64,000 nucleotides of DNA from Candidatus Tectimicrobiota bacterium (lineage in GTDB: Bacteria; JACPUC01), in contig JACPUC010000026.1 in assembly GCA_016192455.1 (NCBI GenBank), positions 1-64,000 of the forward strand. The letters run 5' to 3'. Both the position numbers and the translations under genes were made by a program. The notes beneath the pieces were generated by a model that saw only the letters and a list, made by a program, of their open reading frames with translations, was not told the origin of the DNA and ran no database searches. Below are positions 29,668 to 39,534 of this stretch, piece after piece; positions within the stretch are counted from its first letter, which is position 1; the number at the start of each line of letters is the position of its first letter.

Positions 29668-31008
29668 ATGGCAGGCCCTTTGCGCATCGTTCACTACCTC
29701 AACCAGTTCTTCGGGCAGCTCGGCGGCGAGGAGGCGGCGGGCGCGGCGCCGCAAGCGCGCGACGGCGCCATCGGGCCGGGGCTGGCGATCGTGAAGCTGC
29801 TGGAACAGCGGCGCTGCGAAAGCGGCGAACTTGCGGCCGAAGTGGTCGGCACGGTCATCTGCGGCGACAACTACTTCATCGAGACGCCGACCGCCGGCGA
29901 CGAGGTCTTTGCGCTCATCGCCCCCTATCGCCCGCGGCTCCTCATCGCCGGGCCGGCGTTCAACGCGGGGCGCTACGGCATCGCCTGCGCGGCGGTCTGC
30001 AAGATGATCGGCGACAAGCTCGGCATCCCCGCAGTCACCGGCATGCACGAGGAGAACCCCGGCGTCGACATGTACCGCCGGGACGTCGTCATCGTGCGCA
30101 GCGGCGCGAGCGCCCGCGCCATGCTCCCCACGATGGAGCGCATGTTGACGGTGGCGCTGAAGCTGGTGCGCGGCGAAGCGCTCGCTCCGGCCCGCCTGGA
30201 GGGCACCTTCGCCCAGGGCCGCGTGCGCAACGAGCTGGCCGCCGAGACCGGCGCGCGGCGCGCCGTCGCCATGCTCCTAGCCAAGCTGCGCGGTGAAACG
30301 CCGACCACGGAGCTGGAGCTGCCGCGCTTCGAGAAGGTGCGTCCGGCGCCCGCCATCGTGGACCTCACGACCGCCACCATCGCTCTGGTGACGGACGGCG
30401 GCCTCGTCCCCCTGGGAAACCCCGACGGCATCGAGTCCATCTCGGCGACGAAGTTCGGCGTCTACGACATCGGCGGCGCCGAGCGTCTCGAAGCGTCGCG
30501 CTACGAGTCAGTGCACCGCGGCTACGACGTGCGCTACGTGAACGCCGACCCCCAGCGCCTGCTGCCGGTGGATGTGCTGCGCGAGCTGGAGCGCGACAAG
30601 CGCATCGGCAGGCTGCACCCGCGCTTCTACTCGACGACCGGCGTCGCCACGACGCTGCGCAACAGCCGCGCCCTCGGTGCCGCCATGGCGGAGCGCCTGC
30701 GATCGGAGGGGGTGCAGGCGGTCATCCTCACCTCGACGTGAGGCACGAGCACCCGCTGCGGCGCAGCGATCGCCAAGGAACTCGAACGCGCCGGCCTGCC
30801 GACGGCGCAGGTCTGCACCATGACGCCGGTGGCCAAGACCGTCGGCTCGCCGCGCATTGTTCCCGCCGCCGGCATCGTCCACCCGCTGGGCAACGCCCAG
30901 GCCACGCCGGAGGCTGAGCAGAAGCTGCGGCGCGACATCATCCGGCGCGCTCTCCAGGCCCTGCAAGCCGACGTGACGGAGAGCACCGTCTTTCCCGCGC
31001 AGAGCTAG
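29668..31008 (+). CDS. glycine/sarcosine/betaine reductase selenoprotein B (GrdB-like); Sec at UGA 30739-30741
   Basis: HYLNQFFGQLGGEE, CGDNYF, GPAFNAGRYG motifs. VILTST-UGA-GTSTRCGA continues in frame with a GrdB-like C-terminus (KTVGSPRIVP...HPLGN) to TAG at 31008. Confidence 0.93.
30742..30774 (+). promoter_or_regulatory. bacterial SECIS-like hairpin
   Basis: CGCTGC (30754-30759), loop GGC, GCAGCG (30763-30768). The G-initial loop lies 18 nt after the UGA; possible lower GGC/GCC stem. Confidence 0.75.
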
Positions 31009-31105
31009 CGCCCCCTCGCCGGGAGGGCCGCGCCCGCCGCAGCAGAGCCCGCCGCCGGCAGGTTGCGGGGATCGCCGGCGCCCTCCTCGTTGAGAACCAG
31101 CCTGC

Positions 31106-32305
31106 ATGAGCACCTTCCGTCTCCTCCACACTTCCGACGTGCACCTCGACACCTCCTTCTCCGGCTCCGGCTTCAGCACCAGCCAGGGACAGGCCCTGCG
31201 CGCCCACATCCGCCGAACGTTCCTGGGGATCATTGAGCTGGCCCTGAAGGAGGACGTGCAGGCGCTGCTCATCGCCGGCGACCTCTACGAAGCCGACCGC
31301 GTCACGCCCGACACGGTGAAGTTCCTCGACAGCCAGTTTCGCCGCCTCGGGGAGCGTCCCGTCGTCATTGCGCCGGGCAATCATGATCCCTGCACGCCAA
31401 CGTCGCCCTACCGGCAGCATGATTGGCCCGCGAACGTGCGCATCTTCCACAGCGACGAGCCGGCCTGCTTCGATCTCGGCCTGGCACAGGTGCACGGCCT
31501 CGCCCACCTGCACGCTGACGAGCGGCGCAACCTGATGCAGCGCCTGCGCGCTGCATCCGGCCCAGCCTTGCAACTCGCCCTCCTGCACGCCTCCGACACG
31601 CGCTTCGACTTTGCCGCCAAACAGCGGTACGCCCCCTTCCATCCCGACGACCTGGCGGGGCGCGGCTTCCACTACATTGCCCTGGGACACTACCACCGCT
31701 GCTACCGCGTTGACGCACCCCTGGGGGGCGGGACGGCGCTGCTTGGCGTCGCCGCAGTGGACGCGGCGCAGTCGATGAGCGCCGCCTGGTACTGCGGCTG
31801 CCCACAGGCGCGCGGCTTTGATGAGCCGGAGGACTGCTCCTGCCTCCTCGTTACCCTGCATGATGAGGGGAGCGCGCCGCGCGTCGAGGTCCGGCAGCAG
31901 CCCACAGGCGGCAAGCGCTTCCTCTCCGGCGAGCTTGACTGCACGAGCCACGACCACAGCGCGGCGCTCATCGCCGCCATCCGCGCTTGGATCATGGAGC
32001 GCCAGGCGGGCGACGATGCAGTGCGGCTGCGCTTGACCGGCGAGCAGTCCCCCACGCTGCGCCTGGAGCTGCACGGCATCCTCGAACAGTGCCGCGACGC
32101 CGCCTTTGCCCTGAAGCTCGTCAACACCCTGCGGCCCGCCTACGACCTCGAGGCCCTGGCGGAGGAGGACTCGCTGCGCGGCGCCTTCGTGCGCACCCTG
32201 CGGGAGCGGCTCGCCGGCGCGGAGGATGAGGAGCGGCCCCTGATCGAGCGGGCCTTGCAGTTCGGGCTCGACGCCTTTGCCGACCGCGAGCTGGTGATCC
32301 CATGA
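31106..32305 (+). CDS. Mre11/SbcD-like (YhaO) metallophosphoesterase nuclease
   Basis: HTSDVHL, AGDLYE, PGNHD and YIALGHYH motifs. Confidence 0.92.
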   Translation: MSTFRLLHTSDVHLDTSFSGSGFSTSQGQALRAHIRRTFLGIIELALKEDVQALLIAGDLYEADRVTPDTVKFLDSQFRRLGERPVVIAPGNHDPCTPTSPYRQHDWPANVRIFHSDEPACFDLGLAQVHGLAHLHADERRNLMQRLRAASGPALQLALLHASDTRFDFAAKQRYAPFHPDDLAGRGFHYIALGHYHRCYRVDAPLGGGTALLGVAAVDAAQSMSAAWYCGCPQARGFDEPEDCSCLLVTLHDEGSAPRVEVRQQPTGGKRFLSGELDCTSHDHSAALIAAIRAWIMERQAGDDAVRLRLTGEQSPTLRLELHGILEQCRDAAFALKLVNTLRPAYDLEALAEEDSLRGAFVRTLRERLAGAEDEERPLIERALQFGLDAFADRELVIP

Positions 32306-34860
32306 TCATCACGGCGCTCGACATCGATGGCTTCGGCTGCCTCCTGAAGCGCAGCTTCACGTTCGGCCCCGGCCTCAATCTCGTGCACGGCCCGAACGAG
32401 AGCGGTAAGTCAACCCTGCAGGCGTGCATCGGCGCGCTCCTCTACGGCTTGAAACGGGTCGACACCAAGGTGACCAAGTACGAGGATGCCTACGAGCGCT
32501 TCCTGCCCTGGAATGCCGAGGTTCGCTACGGCGCCCGCCTGCAGTATGAGCTGGCGCAGGGAAGCCGCTTCGAGGTGTTCCGCGTCTTCACGCAGGAGCG
32601 CGAGGAGTGTCTCCTCACCGATCTCCAGAGCGGCCGCAACGTGACCTCCTCGTTCAAGGTGGCCAAAAACCGCGAGCGCCTCTTCGCGCAGGACCACCTC
32701 GGCGTCTCGAAGACGGTCTTCCTTTCCACGGCGTTCATCACCCAGACCTCGCTGCGACGGATCGGCGAGGAGAATGCAGGGACGCACCTCCTCGACAAGC
32801 TCCAGCGCATCGCCGGGGACAGCACCGCGAGCAGCGAGCTGCGGCGCGCCCAGCAGCGCCTGCAGAAAGCCCTTGACGACATCGGCACCGAGCGGACCTG
32901 GGTGCGCGGCCTGGGGGCGGCGCAGGATCGGCAGGCGGCGCTCGAGAAGGAGCTGGACGAGCTGCGGCGGCGCCGCGACGCGCTGGCGGTCGATCAGCAG
33001 CGGCGCGACGGGCTACGCGGCTCGCTGACAACACTGCAGCGCCAGGCCCGGGAGAATCGGGGTGAACAGGAACGCCGACGCGCCGCCCTGGCGCTGAAAC
33101 GCTGCCGGCAAGCACTTGAACACCAGCGGCAGCGCGACAACCTGACGGAGGAGATCAACGGGCTTCGGAGCGTCGAAGGGTTCCCAGCTCACCGGCGCGA
33201 TTTGATCCGCGAGCGCCGGCAGCACCTCGCCCACCTCGCCGAGGAGCAGCGCCGCGCGGAGGAGCAGCTAACTGCGGCACGCGAGACCGTCGAAGCAAGC
33301 GCGCGCGAGCTCGGCGCCTACCCCGGCTTCGAGCAGCTCCCCGAGGACGCCTCCCAGCGGCTCGCCAACCTGCAAGGGCAGTGGGAGTCACAGGCGGACA
33401 ACGTCGAGAAGCTGCCGCGCGCCATTCCCGCCAATGGGGAGGTGCGCGAGGCTCTCCTGCATCGGGCGGCGCGCTGCGAGTGGCAGCGGAAGACGGCTCG
33501 GCGCCGGCAGGTGCGCTGGCGGATGCGCGGCGCCACCGCGGGTCTGCTGATGCTTATCTGCCTTGCCCTCCCTGTCGTCATGGCGGCCAAGTTCGAGCTG
33601 TGGATGGTGCTGGCAAGCCTGTTCGCGCTCATCACGGGCCTCGCCCTCCTCACCGCGCGCGGCGCCGGCGTCGAAGCGAGCCGCAACGGCGCGGCGCTGC
33701 AACAGCTCCAGGAGTGGCTTGCGATCGTGGAGCGGTTGGACGCCTGCCTCGGCCAGTTCACGACCCTCACGGCGCCGCTCGGCCGTGAGGTAACGTATCG
33801 AACCTTCGCAGTCGAGGCCACAACCCTCATCGAGCGCCTGAAGGAGTACGAGGCTCGGCGGCGGGCGCAGCGTGATGCCGAGAAGGAGGCGCAGCGCCTG
33901 CGGGGCGAGGTAGAGCGGCTCGACGAGGAGATGCAGAAGGTTCAAGGAGTGCTCACGGCCTTCCTCCAGGAGGCCGGCGTCACGACGGTTGCGGAGTTTG
34001 AGGAAGGAGCCGAGCGTGCCGGCAGGCGCGAACACCTGCAACGGCAACTCACGACCGAGGAGAACCTGCTGGCGGAGTCGCTGGGGAACGAGGACCTGGA
34101 GACCCTGCGCGCGCGGGCCACGGCGGTTCCCGTGGAGCTCCTCGACGGCATCCTCGCAAACTCGCCGCAGCTCTCCCAGGCCGACATCGAGGCCGGCGAG
34201 GCGGCGTGCCGCAATGTCGATGGCGAGGTTGCCGGCGTGCAGGCCGAGCTGCAAGGCATCGAGGGAGAAATCCGGCGGGCGCTCGAGGGCTGCCGCGACC
34301 TGGCGGTCGTCGAGGAAGAGCTGCAGGAGGCGGCGGCGGAGGTAGCGCGCCTGACCTTCAACCGCCAGGCCCTGGAGGTGGCCAAGGGTGCGATGCAGGC
34401 CGCGGCGGACGAGTTCCACGGCCGCATCCAGCCCGAGCTGCAGCGCGCCGTCGGCAGGCTGGCGCAGCGCAGCACGCGGGGTCGCTACTCCGACCTCCTC
34501 GTGGGGGACGACGATTTCCAGCTCCAGGTGCGGGCGCCCGAGCGTGGCAGCTACGTGCCCAGCGACTGGCTCAGCTCCGGCACGGCGGACCTCCTGCCGC
34601 TGCTGCTGCGGCTCGCCCTCGTCGAGGTCTTCGCCCGCGAGGGAGAACCGCTCCCCATCTTCCTTGACGAGGTGTGCGTGAACCTTGACCCGCAACGCTT
34701 CGACGCCTGCCTCGAACTCCTTCTGGAGACGGCGCGGCGGCACCAGCTCTTCTACCTCACCTGCCACGAGGAGCACGCCAAGCGGCTGGCGCCCCTCGCG
34801 GCCACGACCACCGCGCTTGAAGCTCCGCCCGCGGCAGAGCCGAAGAGCGTGCGAGGATGA
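32302..34860 (+). CDS. Rad50/SbcC-like (YhaN) ATPase with coiled coils and two central TM helices
   Basis: GPNESGKST Walker A, LSSGT signature, IFLDE Walker B, LTCH; ATGA overlap with the nuclease gene. Confidence 0.9.
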   Translation: MIITALDIDGFGCLLKRSFTFGPGLNLVHGPNESGKSTLQACIGALLYGLKRVDTKVTKYEDAYERFLPWNAEVRYGARLQYELAQGSRFEVFRVFTQEREECLLTDLQSGRNVTSSFKVAKNRERLFAQDHLGVSKTVFLSTAFITQTSLRRIGEENAGTHLLDKLQRIAGDSTASSELRRAQQRLQKALDDIGTERTWVRGLGAAQDRQAALEKELDELRRRRDALAVDQQRRDGLRGSLTTLQRQARENRGEQERRRAALALKRCRQALEHQRQRDNLTEEINGLRSVEGFPAHRRDLIRERRQHLAHLAEEQRRAEEQLTAARETVEASARELGAYPGFEQLPEDASQRLANLQGQWESQADNVEKLPRAIPANGEVREALLHRAARCEWQRKTARRRQVRWRMRGATAGLLMLICLALPVVMAAKFELWMVLASLFALITGLALLTARGAGVEASRNGAALQQLQEWLAIVERLDACLGQFTTLTAPLGREVTYRTFAVEATTLIERLKEYEARRRAQRDAEKEAQRLRGEVERLDEEMQKVQGVLTAFLQEAGVTTVAEFEEGAERAGRREHLQRQLTTEENLLAESLGNEDLETLRARATAVPVELLDGILANSPQLSQADIEAGEAACRNVDGEVAGVQAELQGIEGEIRRALEGCRDLAVVEEELQEAAAEVARLTFNRQALEVAKGAMQAAADEFHGRIQPELQRAVGRLAQRSTRGRYSDLLVGDDDFQLQVRAPERGSYVPSDWLSSGTADLLPLLLRLALVEVFAREGEPLPIFLDEVCVNLDPQRFDACLELLLETARRHQLFYLTCHEEHAKRLAPLAATTTALEAPPAAEPKSVRG

Positions 34861-35963
34861 CGCAGGTGCAGCTCCCACCAGCAGCCGACCAGAGGAGCGC
34901 GCGCGACGGGGCCCCGCTGCGCGCCCGCCAACTGCTGAAGCTGCGCCGCCAGCTCCTCTACCTGCAAAACCACTCCCCCGTCTATCGGCCCCTCCTGGAG
35001 CGCGCCGGCCTGAGCTGGAGGACGCTCGATGACGTGGAGGAGCTGCGCCGGCTGCCGCTGACGACCTTCGAGGATCTGCGCGCCCGCCAGCTTGCGGCGC
35101 CATCCCCGGACGCGGCCGCCTCCGGCGTGAGCATCGCGGCGGTCCCCACGCCTCTGCCGACCGGCGACCTGACCACCTGCCCGGCGGAGCGCGTGCGGCG
35201 CATCTACCCCGCGCCGCTGCCGGCAGGCGGGAGCTGCTTCTTCGGCGTCAGCGACCGCGACCTGAGCCTCTGGGTGCGCCTCGCCAGGGAGGCGCTGCTG
35301 GACCGGGGGATGCGGCAGGGAGAGCGCGTCCTGCACCTGGCGCTGTCGCGCCATGCCGCCCTTGACGCGGCGCTCCTCGCCCTCGAGGAGATCGGGGCGG
35401 TCGGCATTCTTGCCAACCTGGAGGAGATGTCCAGCCTGGTCGAGGAGGGTCGGCTAGACGCCGTGTGCGCGCCGGTCTCCTGCGCAATGCAGGTGGAAGA
35501 GGCGCTGCGCTCCTGTGAAGTGAAGCGGGGCGGGGCGCGCCTGGCCCGCTACTACGTCGGCGACCTGGGAGACCCAGCCGCGTGGCCGGGCGAGGATGAG
35601 CCGTGGGGCAGCAAGGAGCGCCGCGACCAGGCTGCGAAGCGCGCCGACACCGCCGGGCACGCCGGGGCGGCGCTGCTCGTCGGCGTGCCGGGCATCGCGC
35701 CGGTGCTCTTGGCAAGCTGCCCCAACCACGCCGGCTTTCATGAGGACGCCGGTGAGTACTGCTTCAGCGAGATCATCAACCCCGAGAGCGGCGAGGCGCT
35801 GCCGTGGCAGGACGGCAGCCGCGGCGAGCTCGTCCTCACGCCGCTGGAGCGCGAATGCACGCCGCTGCTGCGCCTGCGCACGGGCGTCGTCGTGCAGCTC
35901 CACACCGGCCCCTGCGCCTGCGGGCGGTCGAGCGTCCGTCTGGCGCCGGCCGATGTTTCCTGA
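34857..35963 (+). CDS. phenylacetate-CoA ligase-like protein, degenerate active site
   Basis: SPVYR, LRRLPLTT, EIINPESGE, GELVLT, PLLRLRTG and CACGR motifs; the SSGTTG loop is not conserved. Confidence 0.7.
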   Translation: MTQVQLPPAADQRSARDGAPLRARQLLKLRRQLLYLQNHSPVYRPLLERAGLSWRTLDDVEELRRLPLTTFEDLRARQLAAPSPDAAASGVSIAAVPTPLPTGDLTTCPAERVRRIYPAPLPAGGSCFFGVSDRDLSLWVRLAREALLDRGMRQGERVLHLALSRHAALDAALLALEEIGAVGILANLEEMSSLVEEGRLDAVCAPVSCAMQVEEALRSCEVKRGGARLARYYVGDLGDPAAWPGEDEPWGSKERRDQAAKRADTAGHAGAALLVGVPGIAPVLLASCPNHAGFHEDAGEYCFSEIINPESGEALPWQDGSRGELVLTPLERECTPLLRLRTGVVVQLHTGPCACGRSSVRLAPADVS

Positions 35964-36038
35964 AGGCGCCGCCGGACGCGCGGGCAGGCGGACCTTCACG
36001 GGGCGGTGCGCGTGCTGCGGAGTGACGGGAGAGGCGTG

Positions 36039-37133
36039 ATGCGGATGGCGCGCGCGGCGGTGCTCGAGGAGTACGGGCGGCTGGTGCTGCGGTCCTTCCC
36101 CGTTCCCGACCCCGGCCCCGAAGAGGCGCTGCTGCGCGTCGAGCTGGCGGGCGTCTGCGGCACCGACCCAAAGGTCTTTCACGGCCAGCTTTGCCAGGCG
36201 GAGCTACCGATCATCCTGGGGCACGAGATTCTCGGCCGCATCGAGGCGATCGGCGAGGCGGCGGCGGAGCGCACCGGCGTCGGTGTCGGCGACCGCGTCA
36301 CCGTCGAGGCAAGCGTCGGCTGCGGCGCCTGCGCACTCTGCCGGCGGGGCGCGCCGCGCTTCTGCCGCCGGGTCATCGACTACGGGGTCAGGATCTCCGC
36401 CGCCCGCCCGCCGCACCTCCTGGGGGCCTTCGCGGAGTACCTCTTCCTGCTGCCCCACACCAGCATGCACAAGATTCCCGACGACCTCCCCGCCCGCGGC
36501 GCCGTGATGCTGAACGCGGTGCTGTCGAACGGCATCCAGTGGGTGAAGCTGCAGGGAGGCGCGCGGCCCGGTGACGCGGTGGTGATTCAGGGGGCCGGCC
36601 AGCAGGCGCTGGCGTGCACCATCGCCGCGAAGGAGTGCGGCGCCGCGCCGATTGTCGTGTGCGGGCTGCGCCGCGATGCGGAACGCCTGGCTTTGGCGCG
36701 GGAGTTCGGGGCGGACGCCACGGTCATTGCCGAGGAGGAGAACCTGGCGGGCCTCGTCGCCGACCTCACGCATGGCGAAGGGGCGGACCTGGTGGTGGAG
36801 GTGACCGGCGACCCTGCCGCCCTCGCCGCCGCCCTCCACCTCCTGCGCCCGCAGGGAACCCTGGTGCACGCCGGCGTCACCGGCGACGGCGTCCTCACGC
36901 AGCTTCCCCTCGATGTCGTCCTCTTCAAGGAGCTGCGCATTCAGGGCGTCTTCAGCAAGGGAAGCGAGGCGATCCTGGCGGCGATCGACCTCCTCGCCAG
37001 CCGCAGGTATGCCGTCGAGCGCATGATCAGCCGCGTCTACCCGCTGGCGGAGGCCGAGACCGCCGTGCGCGCGGCCGGCAACGAGCTGCCGGATTTCTAC
37101 CCGATCAAGGTGGCGGTTGATCCGTGGTTGTAA
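36039..37133 (+). CDS. zinc-dependent medium-chain alcohol/polyol dehydrogenase
   Basis: GVCGTD, GHE, CGACALC...FC structural Zn motif and IQGAG. Confidence 0.92.
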   Translation: MRMARAAVLEEYGRLVLRSFPVPDPGPEEALLRVELAGVCGTDPKVFHGQLCQAELPIILGHEILGRIEAIGEAAAERTGVGVGDRVTVEASVGCGACALCRRGAPRFCRRVIDYGVRISAARPPHLLGAFAEYLFLLPHTSMHKIPDDLPARGAVMLNAVLSNGIQWVKLQGGARPGDAVVIQGAGQQALACTIAAKECGAAPIVVCGLRRDAERLALAREFGADATVIAEEENLAGLVADLTHGEGADLVVEVTGDPAALAAALHLLRPQGTLVHAGVTGDGVLTQLPLDVVLFKELRIQGVFSKGSEAILAAIDLLASRRYAVERMISRVYPLAEAETAVRAAGNELPDFYPIKVAVDPWL

Positions 37134-37271
37134 CGGCTGCGGCACGCGGGAGGTCGGCGGCGCACGGCCGCGCTGCATGGCTGCGCAGCCGGGGCGGAGA
37201 ACGGCGCCCGATGCGGCAGGACGACGGGGGGGAAGCCGAAACAGTGATCCGGGAACGAGCGAAAGAGCACC

Positions 37272-37711
37272 GGAGGAGGTCGTAAGCCGAGTTCTGTGCC
37301 GTGGCGACCCACGGTGATGGTCATTCCTCTGGGACGGCCGTTGCCGACCGCCTCTAGCGACCTACCCGAAGGCATCGGGCGAGCAGCCCTCAAGCGCCTT
37401 CCTATTTGGTCTTGCTCCGGGTGGGGTTTGCCGAGCTACCGGTGTCGCCACCGGTACTGGTGAGCTCTTACCTCACCGTTTCACCCTTGCCTGCCAACCG
37501 CGCCGCGACGCTGATCTTGCGATCAGTCGCCCCGTGCGCCTCCGAAGAGTCGCACGAGGCTTGACGTCGCAGGGCGTGCATCGGCGGTCTGTTCTCTGTG
37601 GCACTTTCCTTAGGGTCGCCCCCACTGGGTGTTACCCAGCACCCTGCTCTGTGGAGCTCGGACTTTCCTCCCGCGCCCGAGCCGGGCGCGAGCGACCATC
37701 TGGCCTGCTCC
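37272..37711 (-). ncRNA. rnpB: RNase P RNA (bacterial class A)
   Basis: Minus strand GAGGAAAGTCCGAGCTC, GGAAAGTGCCACAGA, GGGTGAAACGG, GGCAAACCCCACCCGGAGCAA and ACAGAACTCGGCTTA; the termini pair to form P1. Confidence 0.97.
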
Positions 37712-37913
37712 GGTGCTTTCCGCTCTCAGCCTCCTCTCCATGTCTGCTGAAGCAACCACCACTGGCTTGCCGACGCCGACCCAGGCGCGGCCTTCCGCTC
37801 CCTCAAGTAAAGATGGTCACCCTCCCAGCCGACCGCCACCCCGGAGGCGCGGGCGCCCTCCACCCCGTCGCCAGGGCGCGAGCTTTTCGGTCGCCGCCCG
37901 GCGCCCTGCCACG

Positions 37914-38624
37914 CTATGAAGCCCGCTCGTCGATGGCGCGATTCGCCAGGGCATCGGCGTGCGAGTTCTCCCAGCGCCGCACGTGGCGGATGTGGAAGCT
38001 CCGGAACTTCGCGGCCAGCTTGACCGCACGCTCGTAAAGCGGCCGCAGCTTCGCATTCTTCACCCGGTAGATGCCGTTCATCTGGTGACAGAGGAGCTCC
38101 GAGTCGCTGCGCACCTCGAGGCGAGCCACGCCGCGCTCAAGCGCCGCTTCAAGTCCATCCAGGAGCGCCTGGTACTCGGCGATGTTATTCGTCGCCCTTC
38201 CCAGGTAGCGGCAGTGCTCGTGCGCCACGAGGCCGGAGGGATCGAAGAGGACGGCGCCGCTGCCGGCCGGCCCCGGATTGCCGCGCGACGCGCCATCGGT
38301 GTGGAGCGTGTAGACGAGGCGGCGATCGAGGCGCGCGGGCGCGCTCTGCCGTTCCGGCGAGCGCGGCGACGCCTCGGAGACATCGCCACGCGTGCCGGCT
38401 GGCTGCCTTTCGCCCCCTGCCGTTCCTTCCCCCGCGCCGCTCTTGGGGGGCTTCCAGCGTCCGGCGGTTGCCGCGGCTTGGCGCAGCACCTGCCGCAGAT
38501 CGGCCTTCGAAAGCTCAGGGAACGCCGCCAGGACCGGCGCCACCTCCAACTCCTCGGCGAGCATCGCCAGGGCACGCTGCGCCAGCTTCGGATCAAGGCT
38601 ACGCGTCGCCAAGGAGACCCCCAA
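37914..38624 (-). CDS. rnhA: ribonuclease HI with N-terminal extension
   Basis: TDGASRGNPG, TNNIAEY, SDSEL and HVRRWENSHAD motifs. Start uncertain. Confidence 0.9.
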   Translation of the reverse strand: MGVSLATRSLDPKLAQRALAMLAEELEVAPVLAAFPELSKADLRQVLRQAAATAGRWKPPKSGAGEGTAGGERQPAGTRGDVSEASPRSPERQSAPARLDRRLVYTLHTDGASRGNPGPAGSGAVLFDPSGLVAHEHCRYLGRATNNIAEYQALLDGLEAALERGVARLEVRSDSELLCHQMNGIYRVKNAKLRPLYERAVKLAAKFRSFHIRHVRRWENSHADALANRAIDERAS

Positions 38625-38688
38625 GCACTAGAGAGAAGAACAGCGTCACATGCGGCCGCCACGCCGTCGGCAGGCAGTTGCCCGTTCC

Positions 38689-39414
38689 CTAGGCAGGGCC
38701 GGAAGGCTGCGGCTCCCGGTAGTAAAGGATGCGGCTGCAGTGGGGGCAGGTGGCGAGGCTGTTGTTGTGGCGAATCTCCTGCACGAACTGCGGCGGCAGG
38801 CTCATGTGACAGGCGAGGCAGCGCTCGCCTTCGATCTGCACGACGGTAACGCCTGGACGTTTGGCGCGTATCTTGTCGTAGGTTCGGAGCCACGCCTCCT
38901 CGATCACGGCCAGCAGGGCGGCGCGCTCGGTCTCCGCCCCGGAGGAGGCGGCGGCGAGTCCCGCAAACTCCTCTTGCTTCACCCGCACCTGGCGCTCCAG
39001 GCTCGCGGTGGTGCGCTGCATCTCCTCGCGCAACGCCGCCACTTGCGCCTGCATCTCCTCAACCCGCTCGAGATGCTCGAGAATCTTCGTCTCCAGCTCG
39101 GAGCGATGGTTCTTCAGGTAGTCGATCTCGGCCAGGGTGGCGCGGTACTCCTCGTTGGTCTTGCAGGAGAGCAGGCGTCCCTGGGTCTTCCCCAGGCGCG
39201 CGCCCGCGTCCCGCTCGTCCAACTCGAACTGCCGCAGGGCCTTCTGGGTTGCGGCAAACTCCGCTTCCGCCGCCTGCAAGCGTTGCTGGTGCTCGGCGGC
39301 CTGGCGATGCAGGTGTTCGATCTTCAGGGGAATGTCCACGTGAGCGCGATGCAGTCGCTGCAGACGCTCGTCAACACTCTGGAGCTCAATGAGCTTGGCG
39401 AGATTGATGTCCAT
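38689..39414 (-). CDS. coiled-coil C4 zinc-ribbon protein (DUF164/CT398-like)
   Basis: LIELQSVD, long coiled coil, CLAC...CPHCSRILY. Confidence 0.9.
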   Translation of the reverse strand: MDINLAKLIELQSVDERLQRLHRAHVDIPLKIEHLHRQAAEHQQRLQAAEAEFAATQKALRQFELDERDAGARLGKTQGRLLSCKTNEEYRATLAEIDYLKNHRSELETKILEHLERVEEMQAQVAALREEMQRTTASLERQVRVKQEEFAGLAAASSGAETERAALLAVIEEAWLRTYDKIRAKRPGVTVVQIEGERCLACHMSLPPQFVQEIRHNNSLATCPHCSRILYYREPQPSGPA

Positions 39415-39534
39415 GGACAGGCCCTCGGGCGTACATCTCCCCGCTTCGGGCCGGCCATGGCGGCGGGCCCTCAAGTCGGCGGCTGGGGAAAGATGTGGCG
39501 GGGAAAGCGACGCATGTTGGGCTAAGCGTGAACC

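Noticed and set aside
30820-31008. Separate 62-aa gene, or grdB as a nonsense pseudogene
   Set aside because: In frame with the upstream ORF, and the UGA sits at the known Sec position followed by a hairpin.
31106-34860. Nuclease/ATPase pair as a novel defence system
   Set aside because: Matches the widespread YhaO/YhaN (SbcD/SbcC-like) pair, has host-like GC, and has no defence neighbours.
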